A stretch of DNA of 64,000 nt from Mytilus trossulus (taxonomy: Eukaryota): positions 12,276,001 through 12,340,000 of the forward strand of contig NC_086383.1 of assembly GCF_036588685.1 (NCBI RefSeq), read 5' to 3'. The stretch's first letter is position 1. Each line of letters starts with the position of its first letter. The translations under genes and the position numbers were made by a program. Under the pieces are notes generated by a model, which saw only the letters and a list, made by a program, of their open reading frames with translations, was not told the DNA's origin and made no database searches. Positions 14,201-26,200 of this stretch are shown in pieces.

Positions 14201-17200
14201 CTATATTACCACACTAGTGCATAGTTGCATATTCCAGGGAAAATATAGGCTTTGGGCCTGTTAAAATTGTGCATCATAATAAATCATTGAAAGTCATAAA
14301 GGACACCGTTCCCCTCTCCGTATTTTAATGTGTATGTCGTTTGATCCCTTAATTATTTTGCATACATCACACTGAGTGGATTACAAAAAAGGTTACTCTA
14401 TATCATCCCCTTTTTTGTGAGAAAATTTGGTCGATTATATAGGGAATCACTCAAGCATGACTGGATCTGTGCCCCTTAGGGGAGTCAGCGGCCCATCTTT
14501 ATGAAAAGTTCTGGAGCTGCCACTGACCTATACATCATGTAGTGTACATATTGTATTTGATAATAAAATTGAGAATGGAAATGGGGAATGTGTCAAAGAG
14601 ACAACAACCCGACCAAATAAAAAACAACAGCAGAAGGTCACCAACAGGTCTTCAATGTAGCGAGAAATTCCCGCACCTGATGTATTGCTAACTCAGGTCC
14701 TAAATTTGCATGAAAAACTTGTCACTGGACATTTTATAACAAACAACCAACCGATCTTTACATGTACGTATCCATATAGATGTGTTTCTTATCATGCTTA
14801 TACCGGATTACTAGTATTTCCCTGGTTTTGCTTTATCACTGATAGTTTTTGTTCTATTAAGAATTGTGACGTCACAATTTCCATAAAAAAAAAACATGCA
14901 TAGTACAAAAACTTATGATTTGATCATAAAATGTTATGAAAATTATTAACTTTAAGATTAAATAGTGACTTATTTATCTATATTAATCACTATAATTTGT
15001 AAATACTTTGAACCTAAACTATATATTTTTATGGGAAATTTTTATATAAAGTGTGCCCTATTAGCATGGTTAGCATGCATGTATGGCTGCTCAAATGAAT
15101 TTTGAAAAACAATATTGTTTTTCAAAATTCATTTGTGCCATACATGTTATCTAACTTACAAGTAGTAACATTCAATGGTCTTTTTATTTATTCCGCAATG
15201 ATTAAGGATCTTCTAATCATGAGTCATATTTTTTGACACGCATTCAATTGTGTTTTGGTTACTTTAGTGTTGCCTAATTGTTAGGGTTGATGCATCATTG
15301 ATATATCTCACATCTCCTTTGATCATGTGCATTCACATACGACTGTAGATTTTTTGCATTTTCTACATAATCATGATAATTATTTTATGTTAACATTCAA
15401 TATGTCTGGAAACATAACAAAACAATCTATCTGTTTGCATATTTGTTTATGTTAACATGGTATAAACTTTTTTATAGTATTTTATGTAGCTCAAAATATT
15501 TTTTATAGATATTGTATTATCCAGTAAGTTGTCATAACATTTACTGTGTTAACTGCATTGTACATGTTGTATCTACTAATTTATTCTTAATTTTTTTTTT
15601 TATTCAAATTCAAAATAAATAATTAAAATCTTTCTATTTACTGAATATTACCATGCAAATGTGACATTAAAATATGTTATAATCAGGATGTTAACACTAG
15701 ATAGGTAATAATCAGAAATTCTTATATGCTTGATGTATTTAATATACAAATTAAGACACAATAGTTTATTGCCCTGGGGGATGACATTCAATCTGTTATT
15801 GGCATAATGATATGATTTTATAATAATTATTATGATTAAAATTGTCCTCTTCAAAATTTTGACAACTTTTATAAAACAAATTATAATTTAAGAAAAATAT
15901 GAAACAGCAGGATATACTATTATTTAGGATATAAAAATGCAAATTTTAAAAGTTGAATATTGATCTATTCAAATAAAATTGGGTAAATAACTATATAAAA
16001 TTAAAAAAAAAGTGTTGTCTAAGCTGCAAAGCATTATTTAATGCAAGCTGTAATAACAAATGAATAAGTAAAAAGTATTCAGGGTAACACAAAAGCTGTA
16101 AAAAGCTGAAAAAGCTATTAAACGACAAGGATTTAAAAAACATTAACTGGGATGGTTAAGACTTGGAACAATATATATTAACATCACAAAGGTTTATTCA
16201 TTATATGCGCTGGACAAAGGTAAAGTCATTATCATATACATGTATAAAGAAACAGTGCATTTATTTATTTATTTTATTTTAAGCTCACCTGGCGTCCGTC
16301 GTCCGTCGTCTGTCGTCGTCTGTCGTCGTCTGTCGTCGTTAACTTTTACAAAAATATTCTCCTCTGAAATTACTTGGCCAAATTGAACCAAGCTTTGCCA
16401 CAATCATCATTGGGGTATCTAGTTTAAAAAAGTGTGGCGTGACCCGGTCAACCAACCAAGATGGCCGCCACGGCTAAAAATAGAACATAGGGGTAAATAT
16501 AAACGTTAGTACGACATCTAATCAACTGAAACCACAGAAGAGAATCCGATGTCAGTTTTTAGAATTTAATAAGACTGGAGTCTAAAGAATACATCAAGTT
16601 CTAAACCGTCATGTGAAAAAAATAAAAGAAGATTTGATTTCCCTTTCTGAAACCATGCGAGTTTTCTTGTTTTTAATATTTGAACGTTCACTGGCGCTAG
16701 TTATTTTGTCGGGTCTTGTACAGTACGTTCATCTACTAGTTTTTACATATGTATGGTAAATTGTTTGCGAAAATTTCGGTGAAAATATGAATTTTTCCCG
16801 CGAGGGATAATATTTTGTTTACCTCAATCATGAATGCTGACGTGCTATTTACATGTATGATGTGTATCAATTACAATTAAACATCAAATAGACCATTTCG
16901 TACAAATTACAATACAAAGTCGAGTTAATATTGAACTATTCAAAAATAAAATACGGTAAAATAAAATAAATTAAATTCAGATAGATTTAAGATTTGTTTT
17001 CCATAGCTGCAAAATATGTGTTAAATGTCTGATTATTTTTTTTTACATGTATAGAAATCAAAATGGTTAATACGGCAATATTTATAATTTTACAAGAAAA
17101 AAATGTAGCCCCAAATAAGAGCTCAGATTAAGTGTGTGAAATAAGCCTTCAAGAAAATATAAAGCAGTTTTTATATGGGGGTAAGTTTGACAAATGTGTG

Positions 17201-20200
17201 TATAAGGAGTTCCCCTCTAGGTTTAGCGTAAATCATGTATATTGAGCGTTATTATGAAGTAATGTGATTCGTAAAACTACGGGTATTGAAAACAACCGTG
17301 TATGCATGAATGATTTCACACCTAATTTAATAAAAAATAATTAAATTGTAATTTAGAAAATATTAAAAATTGTCAACCTTTAATTCAGTTATAAAGATAC
17401 ATTTTGTTACAAATATATTGGGTAACGTATTTCGATTTTTCTGTAAGTAGTTATCTTTTATCTAGTGAAATTCAGGTATCTAGTGCTGGTTCCGATTTTT
17501 TTTTCGAAGAGATAAGGGCAAGGAAGTGTTAAAAAAATATATAAATTCAGCACATTCACTAAATAAACGAGGAATACAAAAATGTGTTCAGCGGCAAATA
17601 TTTCAAAATACCTTTTTTTAATCAATATGTATCTAAAATTAATGTATTAAATGGGAGTGATATTTGTCTCTCTTTGTCACAACCTTATATTTCACACAGA
17701 ATGATTGTTTTACAAATAATTGAACCTATATCCCTGACTGTTAGACATTTTGTATCCGTGACTTTTAAGAGTACATGAAGATCAATGTTTGGACGTTGCT
17801 ACGCTTATAAATTAGCTATGTCTATACAATGGTTGTAGCTATCATATTTTAACTGTTACAACTTTTTCTGCGTTTAAACAGTTTCTTTATGACTGTTTCA
17901 ACGTTTTCCGTGTTGCGACAGTAATTAAATGACTGTTACAACTTTCAAATGGTTGCATCAGTTTTATTACGAGCTGTGACAACCCTTTGGGCGTTTAATC
18001 AGGTTTTTTTATGACTGTTGCAACGTTTTTCGAGTTGGGACAATTGTAAATCAACTGCAACAACTTTGAAATAGTTGTATCAGTCCTTTAATGACTGTTT
18101 CAGTTATTCTTGCGTTGTTACAGTCCAATTTATGTTGTAGACAAACACTTTTAAAGTTGGGACAGTTACACAAAAACAGCTGCAGTGAAATTTAACAACT
18201 GTTACAACTTTAACAAACATTATCAGTCTTAGAACGACTGTTACTGGTATGGACAGACGTTTTTTCGTCCTTTGATGTATGCGGTATGGGCTTTGCTAAT
18301 TGTTAAAGGCCGTACGGTGACCTATAGTTGTTAATATTTGTGTCATTTTAGTCTTTTGTGGATTATTGTCTCATTGGTCAAAATCGCGCTCTCTAAATAT
18401 ATTAAAGCATAGAGAAAATTTACAAAACTTGAAATGATAATGCCACATTGGAAGAGAAATATCCGCGGTGAAATTGGAATCCATATAGCAAAGGTTAGAC
18501 AACAGAGGTGATTTCAGTTCCAATTAGGAACTTTCCATTTCTATGTAGCAACATTCCAGCAGCGCCTGCACACGGAGTATATATCTTCAAATTGATACGA
18601 CATTTCTCGGCTTTTACTTCCTATCATGATTTTCTTGATAGAGGATTGCTGCTCACGAGGAAACTATTAAACAAAGAGTTCCAAATGGTGAAGTTAAATT
18701 CATCCATTCGTTAGTGTTACGGACGTCATCACCAGTTGGTTGACCGAATTATACTTTTTATCGGATTTGTTTTAACATAAGTAACACGACAGGTGACACA
18801 TGTAGAGCAGGATCTGCTTACCCTTCTGGAGCAGCATGGATCACCCCAGTCTTTGGTGGGGTTCATGTTGCTTAGTCATTAGTTGTCTATGTTTTTGTAT
18901 TCTGAACTTTTAGTTGTCTGTTTGTCTTTTAGTTTTAAGTCATAGCGTTGACAGTTTATTTTCAATCAATGAGTTCGACTTTCCTTCATGTATCTTTCGT
19001 CCCTCTTTTATGGTAAAAACAACACAGATACGTTTATGTACATACAAACTTATGGTTTCATAATTTTACAAGATGTATAAGATTTACAGAGTTTAATTAT
19101 ACAATGCCCAATAGAAATAGAAAAAAATCTATTGGAGTTAACGTCTGTATATAGCTTTTGAATGCAGATGCAGACTGAAAGCATGACTTGTATAAATTAA
19201 AAAAAACCCAATCCAAATGGTGCTACATCAAATCGCGATATTGTTTTGCACAAAAGAAATATAACTATACATGATAAGCATTGATAGAAAACAGAGACCA
19301 CAAGAATAGATAGCAGTAAAAAATAAGACTTGGACAACATAATAAAACAGTAGTAAAACGTTCTAGAAAGAATATTTCTCAATGTAATTGACAGTCATCA
19401 CTTAGGAAAAAATGGGGTAATTGTCAATTCGAAGATACACAATTTTACCTGTATAAAAATGAAACGCTTAATATTATTGGTATTCACTCTAGCATCATGT
19501 GAGTTAAAAGTTGACCACTAGACATGAACACTTATATTATCGTGATTTTTTAAAATTGTTACAGCTGGCAAAATTGTCACTTATTTTCTCCCGACTATGT
19601 CGTGATCACAAAAGGAATGCAGGAAATTATCATTTGCACGAGCAGTTTGTTCATGTCAATGAATTAAATATTGCAGTCAAGGTACCAATGATAATTATCT
19701 CAGTACATTTTAGAAGATTGGTTCTTACATTGTACTCAAATAAATTTATTTTATTTTCTTAGTTACACCATGCCACAGTTCACCTTGTTCGAATGGGGGA
19801 GAGTGTACACCATCCGGAAGTAGTTTTGAATGTTCCTGTCCAACTGGATACTTTGGAAGCCAATGTCAAGGTGGATTACTTTTTAATATTTAATCATTGC
19901 AATCAGATTGACAAATATAGATTTTAATTTGCCACTCGGACTTAATAGTGCAATATAATGATGAAAATTTGGATATGGATGATTGCAATATCTGTCAAAC
20001 TTCAGAGTACATATTTTATGAATCAAAAACACAAACGAAACAATATACCTTGTTGTATATACCATTGATAGACTGATATATCCTAAGATTTTGATCTAAT
20101 GATTTGATCCAAATAAATTATTTATTTTATATAGGAACATCATTTCACATTCACTTTGTTTGAATGGAGGACTATGCAGGTAGTAGTTTTGTCAAAGTGT

Positions 20201-23200
20201 GTTTGATTAAAATATAGATGATCAAAACAAACTGTCTACGAATATTGTATATCTCCCAATAAAAGGCATGGTTTGAGAAACAGCCGTATTTACAAAGTGC
20301 AACCTTTAGTATTTGATAATTATTATCATTGCAATTAGATTGACAAATAAAGATTTGATTTGTCTGATAGAAAGAAAAAATCATTATGATGACAAAAAGT
20401 TTTGTCAAAATCGGAATTTCATATTTTACTTCAAGAAAACACTAATGAAATTATAGACCATGTTGTAGGTACTTTTATGCACGGCGTTTACTAACCACGG
20501 TAACTGCAAACATTTCTCAAACAAGTAGTTCTATCTAGACTGTGTTTAGTTTTTACTTCAGTTTCATTATGTATATCTCTTTCATATTCATTTGTTAAAA
20601 TTTACTGTTTGCAATAGTGTGAATTGTTTTATATAATATGAATGTTCTTATCCTGGGCATACAAACAATGCCGTATTTGGCAAAACCTTTTCAACTTTTG
20701 ATCTTCAGTGCTGTAAAATGTTGTATTTTTTTCGTCACTGGTGAGTCTCGTGTGGACTAGACGCGTTTTTGGCGTATTGAATTTTAAACCTGATGCTTTT
20801 TGTTATCTATTAATCATGCTTTTCTTTGTCTAATATGTTCTGCTTTTTATTTGTATTGTAGTCCTGTAATTTTTTGTTTTCATTTCAATGTTATATTTAA
20901 CTGTGCCATTAAAGTGCGAGGTTTGGCATGCCTTAAAACCAGGTTCAACCCACCACTTTTATTCCCCTTTAAAAGTGTCCTGTACCAAGTCAGGAAGATG
21001 GCCATTGTTATAATATTGTTCGTTTCTGTTTTCTCTTATTTTTGAGATAAGACGTGGCACGGTACTTGTCTATCCCATATTCATGTATTTGGTTTTGATG
21101 TTATATTTGTTATTCTCGTGGTGTATTGTCTGTTGCTTGGTCCGTTTCTGTGTGCTGTTGCGTTTCGGTGATGTGTCGTTGTTCTCCTCTTATATTTAAT
21201 GCGTTTCCCTCAGTTTTGGTTTGTTGCCCCGATTTTGTTTTTTGTCCATGGATTTATGAGTTTTGAACAGCGGTATACTACTGTTGTCTTTATTTAGCAG
21301 ACACGGAACTAACACATATAATCCTGATATATCCTACGATTTTGATATAATGTTTGCACTACAGTAATATTATTTTATTTTTTCTAGGGACACAATGCCA
21401 CAGTTCGCCTTGCTTAAACAGGGGAACATGCAAGACAACTGGTAGTAGTAATGTTTGTTCCTGCACAACTGGATACAGTGGAAAACAATGTCAAAGTGTG
21501 TTGGATTAGAATATAGGTTTACTTCTTTTGTTTTTTAAATTAAAGACAGCACAATGAATAATGTTTTCATTGGAAAGAAATATAAGACTGCTATCTAATA
21601 CTATATTTGTTTTATTTGTGTCTGCAAATAAAAATTATCGTAAAAAGCTACTGCCGGTACGTAAATATTGAAATATTAATACAAGTTACAAATAAAAGAC
21701 TTTAAAAATATTTCAATCAAACGCAAAAAGAAAGTGAAGAGATAAGGATATTAAACATTCCTAGTTACATTCATGCGTCATTTTTTGTAACTGCAAACTT
21801 GGAAATGGCGGTACGGATTTTATCACGATTAAACAATTTTATGTCAATATATTGTAGGATATATATACAATGATTGTACTTTAATAATGTTATTCTATTT
21901 TCATAGTCATACCATGCAACAGTTCACCTTGTGCTAATGGAAGTACATGTACACCGACCGGAAGTACTTTTGTTTGTTCCTGTCAACCTGGATACTTTGG
22001 AAACAAATGTCAAGGTGGTTACTTTAAAGGTGTCATTTCTTTAAATATGGACAATTCCATTTTTTCATAGGAGCTCTTTTTACGGCTTAAGCTGTACCAC
22101 TTTTACTATGAAGATTCCCAAATTATATCCTAGAATGGAACGCTTATTTGCACTACTATTTTCTCAAAGGTCAAGATATTTTCAACACTTCTATGTTCCG
22201 AATTTCTAAGAGTTTAAACTTATAATAAAATTCTGTAAAACCCATACCTTAACTTTAATTCACCTTAGAATTCAAGGCAGCCGCTTACAATGTTAATGTA
22301 TATTGGTAACATTCCCCATTAGAAGATACATAGAGATCATATCTGGAAACAAGTACGTTATCATAACAAACTATCTATAAATATTATATATCTCCCCAAA
22401 GGAGGCGTGCTGTGTGAAGCAGCTGTATTGACAAAGTGTAACCTTAAATAGTTGATCATTTTTATCATTGCAATTATATTGTCTATTACAGATTTTATTT
22501 TGTCTCATAGTGGCCATTGCCAACATCAGAAGTGCATATTTTACTTCAAGAAAACACTAATGATATCATAGAACATGTTGAAGATACTTTTGCACAAAAC
22601 AAAAAATTAAACCTTTTTTTTCATTACAAATTTTATTTATTACACTTTTAGTTATTACACTGATTCGGTTTGGCCCAAGATGACTTTTAAAATGTTTATA
22701 TCATTGAAAAAGCTCCAAATTATCTCCCCTTTTTGCAAAAATGTAATTTGTTTGGCATTAAATATGACATATCTTTTTTAACTGATCGGTGACCTATATT
22801 TTGTTTTCAAATAATAACCGCGGTAACTGCAAACACTTCTAAAACAAGAAGTTCTATATTGACTGTGTTAAGCAGGCAGACAACCAACACATATCATCCT
22901 GTGTTAAGCAACTATTCTTTTATATCCTATTTTTTTTATTAAATGTTTGCAATCCAATAATATCATCTTATTTTTTCTAGGGACACCATGCCACAGTTCG
23001 CCTTGTTCAAATAGGGGAGCATGCAATCCTTCTGGTAGCAGTTTTGTTTGTTCCTGTCCAACTGGATACAGTGGAAAACAATGTCAAAGTGTGTTTAATT
23101 AAAACATAAGTTACTTTTGGTTTTCTTAAATTAAAGATAGCACAAGAATACACTTTTTCTTAACTTTGCCCAATGAATTTTGTTTTCATTGAAAATAAGT

Positions 23201-26200
23201 ATATAAGACCGCTATTCCCCCAAAAAATTTAATTCGTGTTTACTTCTATCAACCATCAGAAGAAGTCATTGCTGGTACGTAAATATTGAAATACAAGGTA
23301 CATTTTTACAAGACTTTTAAAATACTTCAGTCAAACATAAGAAGAACGTGAAAAGAGACAAGGATACTAAAAATTCCTACTTACATTCACGCGTCATTTT
23401 TAGTTACTGCAAACTTGGAAATGTAGGTATTGATTATCTCCCGACTATGTCGTACTCATAAAAATAAATACAGGAGATTTTCACCTACACGAATAGCTGA
23501 TACAAATCAAGCAATTGAATAATGAAGTCAATGTATCATAAATCTTATCTCAATACATTGTTGGATATAGATTCAATGATTGTACTTACATAATTTTATT
23601 TATTTTCTAAGTCACACCATGCCACTGTTCACCTTGTTCGAATGACATGAAATGTACACCGACCGGAAGAAGTCTTGTACAATCAAAAATAGTAAAAAAG
23701 ACCTAGTTGTGTGTACATCGGCATATGACTAGAAATGTTCATGACAAAACTGCAAAATTATTGTTATACTGTGTAAAAAAATTCAAGATGTAAAGGTAAC
23801 ACCAATTATAATCGCGATATATTTCAAGGTTTAGGGATAATGATTTCACCTAGATTCTGTTATTCAACTTTTGTAGTCACACCATGCCATGGACAATGCT
23901 TGAATGGGGGAAGGTGCACAACAACTAACAATGGTTTTGTGTGTTCCTGTCAAACTGGATTCTCTGGATACCGATGTCAAAGTATGTTTCAATATATTAA
24001 TCGACAGTGGGGTTTATTTAAATCACAATGGAATAAAATTGTCATAGCATTTAAAAAGACATAAGTGTGTAGTTTTACTGTGAGGGCGTTTAAAAACTGG
24101 CTTTGAGGGTAACACATTTTTTTAATTATAAGCCGCTAGCCTATTGTTTTGTCCCGCAAGAGTACAGAATCCTTAAATACACAAACAAAGTTAGATGCTA
24201 GTAATGTTTATTTCTTAAAACAAACGAATAAAAGGTTTTGTAATGCTCTTGTGGCAAAATATAAAACAAATCGATGGCCATAACTAATAGAAAACTCGCT
24301 AAACCTCACGACATTCCACAAATGGCACAAAGAAATTTTATAGCATAGAGTATTACGAAATTCTTGAATATTAAGCACAAAGTAGCTTTGTGATATCGGT
24401 CTGGCATTTTTCTAAATACGGTTATATTAATGAAAATGTAACCGTTCTTGATTAGCGTTAGTATATATATCATATCATTTAATATTTTGTAAAGTGTGCT
24501 CTCATAGTTAAAAAGTGAATTTTCCTACTCTAATTTGGTCGACAATCTCGTTTTTTTTCTTTCTTAATTCTCAATAAATCATTTTTTACAGTTCGACCGT
24601 CATGTCCCTCTGGTTGGAAGATGAACGAAAAAACATGTTATTATTTTAGCAGTGAAAGCACAGATTGGTATAGTGCCAAGGTTGTCAAGATTTGTCTTCT
24701 TTAAGTATTTACAATTAAATGTTTCAAAACAATGATTCAAGCTACTGAACCTTCGGATGAAAGCAGCAGTAAAAAAAGTTTTTAATTCATATTGTCAAAT
24801 ATTTGAAAGAAAACTAGAGAAGTAGTCTAGTGATTAGAGATACCTAATAAAGATTGATTACCCAAACATATTAAGGATGTTTGCTTCTCTCGTTTTAAAA
24901 TTTTGCCAGATATTTGGAATCCACGAATCCACGTAAGCGAGTGGGTTATGTTGTGTTAACTAACGAAACCAAATTTAATTGTATATCAATTACAGGCGTG
25001 AATACCGATTATTAAATAGAAAATAGTGTGCATGTAAAACTAAGACGCTCATGTCTTTGAAGAAAAGTACACTCTTGCTTAGCAGATGAAACCCTAATTT
25101 GTTCAATTGCTCCAATAAAAAAAGAATAATTAATGATTAAATCTTAAATCTTAATAAATAGATAATAGAATTTTAAGAAATCAATAGAATATAGGCTATG
25201 ATAATTATAAATCATACTACGCAAACCTTTTGATATTAATCTCCTCGAGATGGCTGAAAAAAATATTTTAAAAGCGAGATTCCTTACTTAGGTTCCAACT
25301 CCCTCTGGCAAAGTTGACCTTACACGAATTTTGCCATCACTGTTATGTTCCTTTGGTTGCATAGCTCTTCGATATTCAATGTTGTTTGATATTTATCAAT
25401 CGTTCCTGATTATCAATTTCGCGAGCATTTTAAAACTAGAATATTTTAATATTGAGGGTCAATAAATCTAGTTATCAACAAGATAAAACAGATAGAATTT
25501 GCAGTTCTATGTTCACGCATCATTGTAAATATAACGTAATTTGAAGAGATTGTCGTAAACGTGAGAAGTTAAGCGCTATAAAACCGGGTTCAATCCACCA
25601 TTCCTACATTTGAAAATGCCTGTTCCAAGTCAGGAATATGACAGTTGTTGTACATTCGTTTGATGTTTTTTGTCATTTGATTTTGCCATGTGATAAGGGA
25701 CTTTCCGATTTAATTTTCCTCTGAGTTCAGTATTTTTTTTTAGTTTACTTTTTTATATAAATGAATTGCTCAATGTTATTGTCTAAAATCAACGTATGGC
25801 ATATCAAAATATAATTCACTGGTCAAAACTGGTTTAAATGCATACGGTTGAAAGTTTTAACCTCTGAAGAATTATTAAATGTGGTTAAGGTTATTCACAA
25901 TTTTTGTTTCTTTGAAATAGTTATCAAAGGTACCAGGACTATAATTTAATATGCCAGACGCGCGTTTTGTCTACTTAAGACTCATCAGTGACGCTCATAT
26001 CGAAATAGTTATAAACCAAACAAATACAAAGTTGAAGAGCATTGAGGATCCAAAATTCCAAAAAGATGTGTCAAATACGGCTAAGGTAATCTATGCCTGG
26101 AATAAGAAAATCCTTAGTTTTTCGAAAAATTCAAAGTAGTTTTGTATACAGGAAATTTATAAAAATGACCACACAATTGTTAGTTATGTCAACACCGAAG

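Larger units (their letters stand above)
10736..18277. mobile_element. Non-autonomous CACTA/EnSpm-type DNA transposon (7.5 kb)
   Basis: Starts CACTA and has ~54-bp imperfect TIRs, a 3-bp TSD TAT (10733-10735 / 18278-18280) and ~40-bp subterminal repeats at both ends. It interrupts a repeat that reads continuously at 6718-6740. No transposase ORF was seen. Confidence 0.8.
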
